Counted from the stretch's first letter, positions 30,871-40,954 are shown. The stretch: 64,000 nt of DNA from an uncultured Acidobacteriota bacterium (GCA_963822445.1 CAWGHO010000001.1:416001-480000); one strand, 5' to 3'. Notes: generated from the letters alone by a model not told the origin. Numbers and translations are program-made.

Positions 30871-32644
30871 TCGTCGCCTTCGCGCCGCCCGACTTCTGCG
30901 CGGACACCCACTCGTTCATCCGCGTTTCCAGCACGGACATCGGCAGCGGTCCGGCGCCGAGAAGCTGGTCGTGAAACTTGCGCACGTCGAACTTGTCGCC
31001 GAGGTCCTTCTGCGCTTTCGCGCGCAGCTCCTTCATCTTCAGTTCACCGATCTTGTAGGCGAGCGCCTGGCCGGGCCAGGAGATGTAGCGGTCGATCTCC
31101 ACTTCGATGTCGTGCAGCGGCTTGGAGGAATTGCTCACGAAGAAATCGATGGCCTGCTGCCGCGTCCATCCCTTCGTGTGCATGCCCGTGTCGACAACGA
31201 GCCGCACCGCGCGCCACATCTCGTACGTGAGCTGGCCGAAGCGCGAGTACGGGTCCTTGTACATCCCCAGCTCCGGTCCCAGCGACTCGGCGTACAAGCC
31301 CCAGCCTTCGACGAACGCCGTGATGCCGCCGAAGCGGCGGAAGCGCGGCAGGTTCTCCAGCTCCTGGGCGATGGAGATCTGCAGGTGATGCCCCGGCACG
31401 GCCTCGTGCAGGGTCAGCGCCTCCATCTCCCACTTCGGCCGCGATTTGAGGTCGAACAGATTCGCGTAGAAGTAGCCGGGCCGGTTTCCCTCCGGCGATC
31501 CCTGGTTGTAGTACGCGGTGGTGCTGGTCTTCTCCGCATACGCCGGCACGGGAATGACGCCGTACGGAGTGCGCGGAAGCTTGCCGAAGAGCCGCGTCAA
31601 TTCGGGATCGATGCGCTTGGCGATGTCGCGATAGCCGCGCAGGAGGTCTTCCCGCGTCTCGTAATAGAACTGCGGATCGGTGCGCAGGAAGTCGAAGAAC
31701 TCCGCGAGCGTGCCCTTGAAACCGGTGTCGCTCTTGATCCGCTCCATCTCCGCGCGGATCCGTTTGACTTCCGACTGGCCGAGGTCGTGGATCTGATCGG
31801 GCGTCATGTCGGTGGTGGTCATGACCTTGACCCGATGCGCGTACCACTCCTTGCCGTTGGGCAGTGCCGTGAAGGCGATGGTCTCGCGCGTCTTCGGGAA
31901 GTACTCCTCTTCCCAGAATTTCTGCAGTTTGCGCAGCGACGGCATCACCTCTTCGCGCAGCACTTTCACCGCCTCGGCCTGCAACCGCTTCTGATCGGCT
32001 TCAGGGATCGACGCGCGGAAGTCGGTGAATGCGATCTCGTACACCGGCGACTTCGTCGGATCCTCGAAGATCTGATTGCCGATCGACTCCGAGACTTTGC
32101 CGAGGATCGCGCGCGGTGGAGTCAGTCCGGCCGCGAGACCGCGGCGCGCGAGAGCGATGGTTTCATCGACCGATCGCGGAAAGGCGCGCATGCGCTTCAG
32201 AAAGTTTTCGTGGTCTTTGACCGTGTCCCGCGGGATCGCCTGCGCGAGCTCGCTGAGGTTGTCGTGAATGCCGCCGCGCTGGCTGAGCGGCATGAGCTCG
32301 CGCGGGAAGCGATCCCCTTCGATCGCGTTCCGCGTTTGGAGCAGATAAAGGTCGTAGTTGAGCTTGTCGTCCGCGGAAAGCTTGCTCCGGTCGATTGCCT
32401 GGATGCGCGCGAGGACTTCCCGGTTGTGCGCCCGCCATTTCTCAAACGCCCCCTCGGAACGATCGGTCAGGCGGTCGTCATATCGCCTGTCCCCGACGCT
32501 CGTCGCCCCCTCGGGATCTTCCCGGAGCTCGTACTCCCACTCGTCCGCGAACAATTGGCGAAGCTTGTCAGTTTCCTCAGAACCAGGCTGCGCGAACGAG
32601 ACGAAAGCGAACGCGAGAGCGAGCACGGCGGCGGTTTTGCGCAT
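30848..32644 (-). CDS. DUF885 family secreted protein (metallopeptidase-like)
   Basis: Signal peptide; HEAVPGHHLQ, EGWGLYAE, WPGQALAYKIG. Confidence 0.92.
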   Translation of the reverse strand: MRKTAAVLALAFAFVSFAQPGSEETDKLRQLFADEWEYELREDPEGATSVGDRRYDDRLTDRSEGAFEKWRAHNREVLARIQAIDRSKLSADDKLNYDLYLLQTRNAIEGDRFPRELMPLSQRGGIHDNLSELAQAIPRDTVKDHENFLKRMRAFPRSVDETIALARRGLAAGLTPPRAILGKVSESIGNQIFEDPTKSPVYEIAFTDFRASIPEADQKRLQAEAVKVLREEVMPSLRKLQKFWEEEYFPKTRETIAFTALPNGKEWYAHRVKVMTTTDMTPDQIHDLGQSEVKRIRAEMERIKSDTGFKGTLAEFFDFLRTDPQFYYETREDLLRGYRDIAKRIDPELTRLFGKLPRTPYGVIPVPAYAEKTSTTAYYNQGSPEGNRPGYFYANLFDLKSRPKWEMEALTLHEAVPGHHLQISIAQELENLPRFRRFGGITAFVEGWGLYAESLGPELGMYKDPYSRFGQLTYEMWRAVRLVVDTGMHTKGWTRQQAIDFFVSNSSKPLHDIEVEIDRYISWPGQALAYKIGELKMKELRAKAQKDLGDKFDVRKFHDQLLGAGPLPMSVLETRMNEWVSAQKSGGAKATITLSRGQ

Positions 32645-32697
32645 GAAGCGGATTGTACGGTCCGGTGGCGTACCGATTGCTAGAGAAAGGTCACGAC

Positions 32698-33390
32698 ATG
32701 ACCACAAATAACCCGCGGCTTACTCTCGCGCTCGCTGCAGTTCTATTGCTGCTTCCGTTGCGGGCCGAGGCGACGCTCGCCGAGGCGAAGAGCTTCGACG
32801 ACAAGGTCGAACATGCGGCCTCGATCGTGGTCGGGAAATGCGTGTCGACGGAGTCGCGCTGGGACGACGCGAAGCGCTGGATCCTCACCTACAACAAGTT
32901 CGAGGTCGAGAAGTCGCTCAAAGGCTTCCAGGGCCGCGAAGTCACGATCGTGACGCCGGGCGGCGTGGTCGGCAACATTCAGCAGGACACGGTCGGCGTC
33001 CCGAAGTTCGAGGTCGGCGACGAGCATGTCCTGTTCGTCCGCAACACCGCGGCCGGACCGACGGTCCTTTACTTCGAACAGGGCGCGTATGACGTCGTGC
33101 GCGACGGTCGCAACGATCCGCTGGTCATGCCCAAGGTTTCGTCGGCAGTCCTGATCGACACCCAGGCCGGCCGCGCGGTTCCGCGCGAGGAGCCGACGAC
33201 GCTGAAGGCGTTCGAAGGACGCGTGCGCGAAACGATCAAGCGGCGCGAAGCGATCCGCATGAAGATGATCGAGCGCGAGAAGAAAGAACAGAACTCGCTC
33301 ATCGGCGTGCTGCAGCGCAACAAGGCCCTGGTCCTGCTCGCGCTCATCGGCGCGGTGCTGGCGACCTGGCAGATCGTGAAACGCAGATAG
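32698..33390 (+). CDS. Secreted protein with C-terminal membrane anchor
   Basis: Signal peptide, PGG..G..F..GD..LF motif, C-terminal TM followed by KRR. Confidence 0.7.
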   Translation: MTTNNPRLTLALAAVLLLLPLRAEATLAEAKSFDDKVEHAASIVVGKCVSTESRWDDAKRWILTYNKFEVEKSLKGFQGREVTIVTPGGVVGNIQQDTVGVPKFEVGDEHVLFVRNTAAGPTVLYFEQGAYDVVRDGRNDPLVMPKVSSAVLIDTQAGRAVPREEPTTLKAFEGRVRETIKRREAIRMKMIEREKKEQNSLIGVLQRNKALVLLALIGAVLATWQIVKRR

Positions 33391-33395
33391 CCGGC

Positions 33396-34187
33396 ATGGC
33401 TGACCACGCGGGGCAACAGGCGCTCGATCGCGCAATCGACGGCGAGACCGAGCTCCTCCTTCTCTATCAGCCGATTCACGATCTGCGGACGCGCGCGATC
33501 TACGGCGCCGAGGCTCTGCTGCGGCAACGGCGGCAGAGCGGTGAGATCCGCGAGGCCACCGCAATCACCGACGCGGCCGAAGACAGCGGCGGCCCCGATC
33601 TGTACACGCTCGACCGCATGGTCGTGAAGAACGCCTACACCGACGCGGTGCACTGGCAGGCGGAGTTTCCCGATGTGCGGCTGCACGTGAACCTTTCGCC
33701 GCGCGAGTTTCAGGAAGGGAACGTCATCAAACGGCTGACCGACCTCGTCACGTCCTGCGGCATCGATACGACAAAGGTCAACCTGGAGATCACCGAGACC
33801 AGCTACATCGAGCATCCTCGGGAAACGATGAAGGTGCTCGACGCCATGACCGAGCTCGGCGTCGGCCTCTGGCTCGACGACTTCGGGACGGGCCACTCCT
33901 CCCTCACCCACCTCCAGCACTTCACCCTCGACGGCGTGAAGCTGCCCGGCGCGTTCGTCAAAGACGTCCCGAGCAATGACCGTTGCGCGGCCATCGTGCG
34001 GGCGATCGTCTCGCTCGCGCACGAGCTCGACCTGCAAGTGATCGCCGAAGGGGTCGAGCGCGAGGCGCAGCTGCGCTTCCTGGCGGATCTGAACTGCGAG
34101 TACGTGCAGGGGTTCCTGTTCAGCAGGCCGATGACGGTCGAGGCGTTCTACGCGACCTTGGCCGGCCGATCGTCTTCGGGGCAGTAG
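33396..34187 (+). CDS. EAL c-di-GMP phosphodiesterase
   Basis: YQP, AEALLR, NLS, EITE, DDFGTGHSS, AEGVE, QG. Confidence 0.93.
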   Translation: MADHAGQQALDRAIDGETELLLLYQPIHDLRTRAIYGAEALLRQRRQSGEIREATAITDAAEDSGGPDLYTLDRMVVKNAYTDAVHWQAEFPDVRLHVNLSPREFQEGNVIKRLTDLVTSCGIDTTKVNLEITETSYIEHPRETMKVLDAMTELGVGLWLDDFGTGHSSLTHLQHFTLDGVKLPGAFVKDVPSNDRCAAIVRAIVSLAHELDLQVIAEGVEREAQLRFLADLNCEYVQGFLFSRPMTVEAFYATLAGRSSSGQ

Positions 34188-34864
34188 AGATCGCGACGGC
34201 GTTCGAGGTCGCGGATCACGCTCTTCTTGAACTGCTCCGGCCCGCCTTCGGCCATCCGCTCGCGGATGTAGTCGGCGATCTCCAGGATCTCGACGCGCAG
34301 CCGCACGGTCTTGAAGACGTTCGGAACATGACCGGGAATCTGCACGTGATGCAGGCCGCCGCTGTAGGCGATCAGCATCCGCCCTTCCTCGAGCGCGAGG
34401 AGGATGTCCGCGACGCCGCCGCGAACGGTCATCGGATTCCCGTTGAGATCGAGACCGGTGGCGCGCTTCATCCGCCCTTCCGGCGCGATGGTCACCATCG
34501 AGTTCTTCTCGATCGTGCTCATGACCTGGGACCAGGTGTCATCGCGCTGCCGGGTGATGGCGATGACGCGATGGGCGATGAATTTGAAGACCATGCCCAC
34601 GAGCGGCCGGTCCGTGGTCTTGTCGGCCGCGGGAACGACGCCGTGAGCGGCGAGTCGCCAGATGAACCGCGCCGGGGTAACGCCCAGGAAAACCGGCTCG
34701 AATAGGCTGGTGTGGTTCAGAAACACGACCAGCCGCAAGCCTTTCCACGGATCGCCGGGCGGCAGATTGCCCACGAATCCGAAGTCGTGGCGGTAGAAGA
34801 TCTTGCTAAGGATCTTGAGTGAAAAGAGGATCGTGAAAACGATCGCGCTCCTCAGGACGGTCAC
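34148..34864 (-). CDS. Lysophospholipid acyltransferase, PlsC-like
   Basis: NHTSLFE (HX4E variant), PEGR. Confidence 0.75.
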   Translation of the reverse strand: MTVLRSAIVFTILFSLKILSKIFYRHDFGFVGNLPPGDPWKGLRLVVFLNHTSLFEPVFLGVTPARFIWRLAAHGVVPAADKTTDRPLVGMVFKFIAHRVIAITRQRDDTWSQVMSTIEKNSMVTIAPEGRMKRATGLDLNGNPMTVRGGVADILLALEEGRMLIAYSGGLHHVQIPGHVPNVFKTVRLRVEILEIADYIRERMAEGGPEQFKKSVIRDLERRRDLYCPEDDRPAKVA

Positions 34865-35571
34865 GAGCGCGAAGGGTAACCTGCCAGGAACCTCTTCGCA
34901 AAGGCCGGCCCCTTCCCTTCGTCCTCATGCTTGAAGAAGACGTAGGCATCGAGCCAGTTCTGCGCGTCGATCCGGCCGGCCCAGGCGCTCAGTTGCTCGT
35001 CCGAGTACTCGGTGCGGCGGAGGCGGAGGTAACCCCAGGACGCGGTGGACACGAGGAGCTTGTCCGGATCGGTCACCTCGTCGGTGTCCGAAGCGCAGAG
35101 CGCGGCGTCGCGGCCGCGGAGAACGTCGTAGACCTCGTCGTCCGACCAGGACTCGTGACGGAACTCCATGGCCACGCGATACGGCCGCGGCACGTGCGCG
35201 AGGAAGTCGCTCAGCCGCGGGACGTCTTTGCGAAAGTAGGGCGGCAGTTGAAAGAGGAGCGGACCGAGCTTCGGGCCCAGCGAGGCCGCGACCTCGAGGA
35301 AGTAGCGGAGGTCATCCTCCACGCCGGCGAGCTTTTTCTGATGGGTGATGCGCTGCGGGGCCTTGAGGACGAACGTGAATCCGTCCGGGACCTCCCCCGC
35401 CCACTTGGCGACGACCTTCTCGTCCGGCATCCGGTAGAAGGTGTTGTTGATCTCGACCGATCCGAAGTGGCCCGCGTAGAAGGACAACATCCTCGCGGCC
35501 GGAAGGTCGTCGGGATAGAAGGTGCCCTTCCATTCCTTGTAGCTGTAGCCGCTGGTGCCGACGACGATCAT
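34861..35571 (-). CDS. DUF72 (YecE-like) protein
   Basis: GTSGYSY..W...FYP, VEINNTFY, LFQLPP, EFRHESW. Confidence 0.93.
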   Translation of the reverse strand: MIVVGTSGYSYKEWKGTFYPDDLPAARMLSFYAGHFGSVEINNTFYRMPDEKVVAKWAGEVPDGFTFVLKAPQRITHQKKLAGVEDDLRYFLEVAASLGPKLGPLLFQLPPYFRKDVPRLSDFLAHVPRPYRVAMEFRHESWSDDEVYDVLRGRDAALCASDTDEVTDPDKLLVSTASWGYLRLRRTEYSDEQLSAWAGRIDAQNWLDAYVFFKHEDEGKGPAFAKRFLAGYPSRS

Positions 35572-35577
35572 CGCTGA

Positions 35578-35690
35578 AGTTTATCCCGCGCGAAGACGCG
35601 GGATCTCTGCGTGCACGAACGAGCATCGCGCAACGGAGTGACTGTCGCGGGTATGACCGGGAGATCCCGCGTCTTCGCGCGGGATAAACT
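35578..35690. repeat. 113-bp element with perfect 30-bp terminal inverted repeats (REP doublet/MITE)
   Basis: AGTTTATCCCGCGCGAAGACGCGGGATCTC (35578-35607) and its exact reverse complement (35661-35690); each arm is itself a hairpin. Confidence 0.92.
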
Positions 35691-35696
35691 CAAAAC

Positions 35697-36035
35697 CTAC
35701 ACGCTGATCAGGCCGTTGCGGATGCCGTAGCGGTACAGGCCGAGGTTGTCCTCCACGCCGAGCTTGCGGAGAAGGCGCGAGCGGTGGGTGGTCACGGTCT
35801 TCACGCTGATGTCGAGCGTGGCGGCGATCTCTTTGAGGCGGCGGCCGCTGAGGATCATGGTCATGACCTCGCGCTCGCGGGGCGACAGTTTCTTGTGGCG
35901 CCCGTCGCCGTCACCGTTCGGGTGAAACGGCACCAGGGCCTGAACGAGCTCCAGAAGCCGTGGTTTCTGTTCCTGCAGGTTTTCGGGGACGAGGGTCTCG
36001 ACGGCTGTGTGGAGCTGAAGCAGAAGGGGGTTCAT
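35697..36035 (-). CDS. LuxR-type HTH protein without receiver domain
   Basis: LSPREREV..G...KEIA..L.ISVKTVTTHR. Confidence 0.88.
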   Translation of the reverse strand: MNPLLLQLHTAVETLVPENLQEQKPRLLELVQALVPFHPNGDGDGRHKKLSPREREVMTMILSGRRLKEIAATLDISVKTVTTHRSRLLRKLGVEDNLGLYRYGIRNGLISV

Positions 36036-36127
36036 CAGGCTTGTCCATCCTCCGCTGCTTACAGTAACGATGTCAGATTACGCCTCGGTTACTAGCCGGC
36101 TGGTCGGTTTTCCCCGTCGGCGGCGGC

Positions 36128-36718
36128 CTAGGCCGAGGATTCGGCGGCGGCCGGGGCCTCGCGGGCGAGCGCGGAGGCCACGAGGGCGGCAAACGCCAGC
36201 GCGGTCTGCTGATGGCTGACCGTGTAAAAGTCCGGTTCGGCCTTGTCCAGCCCGAGCATCCCGTAGACCCGCTCCTCGTGCAGAAGCGGAACACCGAGCC
36301 AGGAGTGGATGCCCGCTCCGACATGCAGACCGCGGCGGAAGGCGCGGTATTGCTCGGTATCGCCGACGATGAGCGGGCGGCGGCGATACACGACCTCGCC
36401 GTTCGGGATCTCGATGTTGTTGATGTCGAACGTCTCGCCGAGGATGACGTCGAGATCGGCGAAGCCGACGCCGCCGATGATCACCAGCCGCTGGCCGCGG
36501 AGTTCCTGCACCGAGCAGCTGTCGTACGGAACTTCCTTGCGAAGCTCGGCCAGCACCAGGCGGATGACGCTGCCGCTCGCGTCGGACCCTTCGGTGACCA
36601 CGGGCGAGCCGTCCGCGCGCGCCGCCACAGGGACGCCGCCACGCAAAAGCTCCGCGATCTGAACCTTGAGCTCCCCGATACGCTCGTCGAGCATCCCTCT
36701 GTCTTCCTCGCGAAACAA
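36128..36718 (-). CDS. Stand-alone GAF domain protein
   Basis: IHSWLGVPLL..GMLGLDK..FY; start uncertain. Confidence 0.8.
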   Translation of the reverse strand: MFREEDRGMLDERIGELKVQIAELLRGGVPVAARADGSPVVTEGSDASGSVIRLVLAELRKEVPYDSCSVQELRGQRLVIIGGVGFADLDVILGETFDINNIEIPNGEVVYRRRPLIVGDTEQYRAFRRGLHVGAGIHSWLGVPLLHEERVYGMLGLDKAEPDFYTVSHQQTALAFAALVASALAREAPAAAESSA

Positions 36719-36733
36719 CGAATTCTAACGCAG

Positions 36734-36812
36734 AGTGATTAGTCGTTAGTCGTTAGTGATTAGTAGAACCGTTTCGCCTCTACTAACGACTAATCACTAA
36801 CCACTAACCACT
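36734..36812. repeat. Hairpin of tandem heptamers, copy of 12537-12615
   Basis: AGTGATTAGTCGTTAGTCGTTAGTGATTAGTAG-loop-CTACTAACGACTAATCACTAACCACTAACCACT. Confidence 0.9.
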
Positions 36813-37596
36813 ATTTCTGGTGCTTTGCGCAAAAGTACGTCGTCCGCCCAAATACCACCGTGCGCTTGATCGTGCCGCCGCACTTCGGGCAGCGGTCGCC
36901 TTCCTCGCGATGCTGGGACAGATACCGGTGCGGCCACTCGGCGCCGCGATCGTGGGCGGCGATGACGTCGCGCAGGATGCGTCGTATGGTCGCGTAGACC
37001 GCGCGCTTCTCCGTCTCTTTCAGCTTATCCACCGGCCGCCGCGGATGAACGCCGGTTTGGAAGAGCGTCTCGTCGGCGTAGAGATTGCCGAGGCCCGCGA
37101 GGATTTCCTGCGACATGAGCAGCGACTTCATCGCTCCTTTGCGCCGGTCCAGCAACGCCGCGAATTTCGCATAGGTGAACGACGGATCGAGCGGGTCCTG
37201 GCCGAGGCCTTTTTCGGCGATGAAGTCGTCCGGTGAATCGACCAGGTCGGCGAGACCGAACAAACGCATGTCCTCGAACGCGAGATGGCCGCCGCCGTCG
37301 AAGTGGAAAACGATCTTCGCGAATCGCGGCTCGTTCTCGCGATCGGTGTAGTACGCGAGATCGCCGGTCATCCCGAAATGGAGATGCAGCCAGACACCGC
37401 CCGCGTCGGCAAAGAGATGCTTGCCATGCCGCCGCGCCGACTTGAACTCACGCCCGCGCAGCTTCTTCGCGAACGTCTCCCTGCGGATTTCGCCAAGAAT
37501 GCGCTCGTCGCGGACATCCACCTTCGCGATGCGCTGGTCGAGCGCGTGTTTCGCGAAATAGCGGCGGTAGGTTTCGACTTCGGGGAGCTCGGGCAT
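36811..37596 (-). CDS. mutM: Fpg/Nei DNA glycosylase
   Basis: MPELPEVE, HFGMTG, GLGNLYADE, C4 zinc finger. Confidence 0.9.
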   Translation of the reverse strand: MPELPEVETYRRYFAKHALDQRIAKVDVRDERILGEIRRETFAKKLRGREFKSARRHGKHLFADAGGVWLHLHFGMTGDLAYYTDRENEPRFAKIVFHFDGGGHLAFEDMRLFGLADLVDSPDDFIAEKGLGQDPLDPSFTYAKFAALLDRRKGAMKSLLMSQEILAGLGNLYADETLFQTGVHPRRPVDKLKETEKRAVYATIRRILRDVIAAHDRGAEWPHRYLSQHREEGDRCPKCGGTIKRTVVFGRTTYFCAKHQK

Positions 37597-37686
37597 GTGG
37601 TTGCGGGGTTACGGGGTTACTGGGTTACGAGGAAGCAAAGGCTGGGAATCTACTTCGTAACCCCGAAACCCCGAAACCCCGTAACG
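37597..37686. repeat. Hairpin of tandem 8-mers, same family as 232-308
   Basis: GGTTGCGG GGTTACGG GGTTACTG GGTTACGA ... TCGTAACC CCGAAACC CCGAAACC CCGTAAC. Confidence 0.85.
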
Positions 37687-37687
37687 A

Positions 37688-39460
37688 TTAGAGCTTTTCC
37701 CCAGCAATCCACCTCTCAATCCTCTCCTCCAGCGTCTGCAGCGGCAGTGATCCGGCGCCGAGGATTTCGTCGTGGAATTCGCGGATGTCGAAGCGGGTGC
37801 CGAGCTCGCGTTGGGCGCGGTCGCGGAGCTCGACGATCTTCAGCTGGCCGATCTTGTACGCGAGGGCCTGGCCGGGCCAGACGATGTAGCGGTCCGTTTC
37901 GCTCTGAATCTCCACCTCGTCGATCGCGGAGTGGTCACGGAAGAACTGCACGACCTGATCGCGCGTCCAGCGCTTCGAGTGCAATCCCGTATCGACGACC
38001 AGGCGGATGGCGCGGAGCATTTCATCGTTGAGGCGTCCGTAGTCGCTGTACGGATCCTGATAGAAGCCGACTTCCTTCCCGAGACGCTCGGAGTACAACG
38101 CCCATCCCTCGACGAACGCCGTCTCCCCACCCTGCTGGCGGAACTTCGGCAGATCCACGAGCTCCTGCTGAATGGCCAGTTGCATGTGATGGCCGGGCAC
38201 ACCCTCGTGATACGCGGTCGACTCGAACGGGAGCGTCTTTCGCGTCTCCGCCTCGTACGTGTTCACGTAAACGCGCCCGGGACGCGAGCCGTCCGGCGCG
38301 GGCGTGTTGTATTCGGCACTCGAAGCCTGAGCCTCGCGGAATGCGGGCGTGGGCACGATCTCCATCGGCGCCTTCGGCAGGCGGCCAAAGAGCTGCGGCA
38401 GCTTCGCGTACATCTGGTCCGTGTATTTCTTGTACGAATCGATGATGTGCTGCGGCGACTTCGCCTGCACTTCCGGGTTTGTTTTCAGCGACTCGTTGAA
38501 GGTCTTCAGATCGTTGTAGCCGAGCTTCTTCGCGATCTGCAGCATCTCCCCTTCGATCCGCGCCACTTCGTTCAGTCCGATCTGATGAATCTCCTCGGGG
38601 GTCTTGTCCGTCGTGGTCTGGTTCCGGACCATGAACGCGTAGCGCTCCTTGCCGTCCGGCAGCGCCCAGACGCCGACTTCCGTGCGTCCCTTCGGCGCGT
38701 ACCCGTCGCGCACGAAGGCGGCGAATTTCGCGTATGACGGAAGGACGTGCTTTTCGATCGCCGCGATCAACGCCGCGCGAATGCGCTCTTTCTCCTGCGC
38801 GGATAACGACTCGGGCATCTTCTCCAGCGGTCCGGCGAACGGCGACTTATCGGCCGCGGTTCTGGCGATGTTGTCGGCCTGTTCCGCGACTTTCGTCAGC
38901 AGGAACTGCGGCGGCATCAGCTTGTTGGCCATCCCTTTCCGCATGTTGGCGATGGTGTCGCTCATGCTCTTGGGGAACTTGCCGAGGCGGGCGATGTAGT
39001 CGTCGTAGTCCTTCGCCGTCTGGAACCCGAGCAGCGACGGCAACTGCGCCGCGCCGAGATGGATGCCGCCCATCTGGTTGACCGGCATCTGCCAGTTGCG
39101 GAACTTCGCCGACTGCACGCCCTGGCGAAGATCGCGGACCATGAGATCGCGATTGAGCTTCTCGGTCTCGGAGAAGGCGCGAGTGTCGATCGCTTCGAAC
39201 CTTGCCAGCCAGCGCTTCGTCTCCGCCTGCTCTTTCTTCACGGCCGCTTCCGAAACGTCGCTGACCTCGGCGTTGTAGCGCTTGTCGCCGAGGATCGAGG
39301 CGTATTCGGGGTTCTGCTTCATCGTGTACTCCCAGTGCTCGTCGAGCAGATCCATCAGCGCCTTGCGGCGGCGATCGAGATCCGCGGCGGAGAGCTCCTG
39401 AGCCGCCAGCGACGCCCCGGTGAGGACAGCGACGAACAGAGCGAGCAGAAGCGTTTTCAT
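37688..39460 (-). CDS. DUF885 family secreted protein, second paralog
   Basis: HEGVPGHHMQ, EGWALYSE, WPGQALAYKIG. Confidence 0.92.
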   Translation of the reverse strand: MKTLLLALFVAVLTGASLAAQELSAADLDRRRKALMDLLDEHWEYTMKQNPEYASILGDKRYNAEVSDVSEAAVKKEQAETKRWLARFEAIDTRAFSETEKLNRDLMVRDLRQGVQSAKFRNWQMPVNQMGGIHLGAAQLPSLLGFQTAKDYDDYIARLGKFPKSMSDTIANMRKGMANKLMPPQFLLTKVAEQADNIARTAADKSPFAGPLEKMPESLSAQEKERIRAALIAAIEKHVLPSYAKFAAFVRDGYAPKGRTEVGVWALPDGKERYAFMVRNQTTTDKTPEEIHQIGLNEVARIEGEMLQIAKKLGYNDLKTFNESLKTNPEVQAKSPQHIIDSYKKYTDQMYAKLPQLFGRLPKAPMEIVPTPAFREAQASSAEYNTPAPDGSRPGRVYVNTYEAETRKTLPFESTAYHEGVPGHHMQLAIQQELVDLPKFRQQGGETAFVEGWALYSERLGKEVGFYQDPYSDYGRLNDEMLRAIRLVVDTGLHSKRWTRDQVVQFFRDHSAIDEVEIQSETDRYIVWPGQALAYKIGQLKIVELRDRAQRELGTRFDIREFHDEILGAGSLPLQTLEERIERWIAGEKL

Positions 39461-39515
39461 GCGCGAAAGTCTACGCTGCGACGGAACGGGAGTTTCACGT
39501 AGACTGCGCACTCGC

Positions 39516-39914
39516 ATGGCAGCCGAGCAGACCGCGACGCGCTACCGGGCCCTCGTCGTGGAGGATGACCCGGCCATCCGCCGTCTGGTGGAAAAACTGC
39601 TGCGGCGGCACTCGATCGAGATCGATACCGCCGGTGACGGCCGGACGGCGATCGAGAAGCTGAAAGTGAATCGCTACTCGGTGCTCGTGCTCGACCTGAT
39701 GGTGCCCGAGCTGAACGGCTTCGACGTGATCGAGCACCTGAAGAACGAGGGCAATCCCGTGCCGGTCGCGGTCGTCTCCGCGGTCTCGCAACAGGCGTTG
39801 ACGAAGCTCGATCTGGACGTGGTGAAAGTCGTGATCTCGAAACCGTTCGACGTGGACGAATTCACCAAAGCCATCCTCACGCTGTGCGCCGAGAGCGAAG
39901 CCGCCGCGAATTAG
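39516..39914 (+). CDS. Single-domain response regulator
   Basis: VVEDD, LDLMVP, KPF. Confidence 0.9.
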   Translation: MAAEQTATRYRALVVEDDPAIRRLVEKLLRRHSIEIDTAGDGRTAIEKLKVNRYSVLVLDLMVPELNGFDVIEHLKNEGNPVPVAVVSAVSQQALTKLDLDVVKVVISKPFDVDEFTKAILTLCAESEAAAN

Positions 39915-39937
39915 TTATTGCGCGTATGATTGCGCAC

Positions 39938-40954
39938 ATGTCCCGCCGGGCCCTCGCTCTCGTAGTTCTCTCGATCCTCCTCAGCTTGCCTGCTGCGGCT
40001 TTCGACAAAGGCGACGTGCTGTTCGAATACCGGGCGCATACACCCGGCGACGCCAATTCGAGGTCCTACGAGCTTTGGGTGCACAACATCGGGTGGCGTT
40101 ACGCCGTCATGCAGGGAAGCGCGCTGATTTACAAGCCCGTTCCGTACAGTGGATTGGGCGGACATCTTCTGATTCCCTCGCCCAACGAGATCGTCTTTCA
40201 CCATCAGCGGACAGTCTCACTTTGGGATGGTGTGCCGACGCGGGGCAATCTTCCCGGCAAGGGTTACACGGAGATCTTCACGGCCGACACGGAGCTGAGC
40301 GAGATTGCCCCGATACGCTCCGGCAATTACCTGGTCGCAGAACGGTGGGCGGAGCAGAGCGCGAAGCTGATCGAGTTCAACATCCACGGACGCATTGCGG
40401 AGCATCCCTTCCCCGAAGTGATCGACCCCGCGACGAACCGCGCCCTCGGGGCGATGCACATCGAGTTACTGAGCGACCAGTGCACGGTCCTGTACACGCT
40501 CGGCAGCGAAGATCCGGCTGGAAGCCGCGTGCGTCGGATGAATGTCTGCACGAATCAGGCGCAGACCGATTTCGCAACGTTGTTGCCGGGGCAATACGCA
40601 GGCTCGATTCGCCAGCTGCCCAATGGCAACGTCCTCGTCGCGAACGGCACGGCCGTCCTGCAGTTCGACGCCGCAGGCTCGCTGGTTCGTACCTACGAGA
40701 ATCCCGGCGTCACGCATCTCGCGCTGAGCACCGACGGGAAAGCGTTCTGGGCAGCGAGCGTCGACCTCGAGAAGGCGCATCTCCGCCGCTTCGATTGGAG
40801 CGCAGTGGATGCGACGACTCCGCCGTCGATCCAACTGGGCAACGACGGGATGCAGATCGGGACGGTTCCGCTGGAAACGAGCGATCTGGTCGTGGTCGGT
40901 GAATGGCGGGCATCGACCCGCGCGGCCCGGCGCGGCCGTGCCATCCGGCATTGA
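39938..40954 (+). CDS. Secreted beta-propeller-like protein ending in RRGRAIRH
   Basis: Signal peptide (LPAAA); repeated L.NGN.LVA / ALSTDGKAFW blades. Confidence 0.65.
   Translation: MSRRALALVVLSILLSLPAAAFDKGDVLFEYRAHTPGDANSRSYELWVHNIGWRYAVMQGSALIYKPVPYSGLGGHLLIPSPNEIVFHHQRTVSLWDGVPTRGNLPGKGYTEIFTADTELSEIAPIRSGNYLVAERWAEQSAKLIEFNIHGRIAEHPFPEVIDPATNRALGAMHIELLSDQCTVLYTLGSEDPAGSRVRRMNVCTNQAQTDFATLLPGQYAGSIRQLPNGNVLVANGTAVLQFDAAGSLVRTYENPGVTHLALSTDGKAFWAASVDLEKAHLRRFDWSAVDATTPPSIQLGNDGMQIGTVPLETSDLVVVGEWRASTRAARRGRAIRH

Noticed and set aside
30848-39460. Two DUF885 genes as a recent duplication or novel system
   Set aside because: They are clearly diverged, and multiple paralogs are common.
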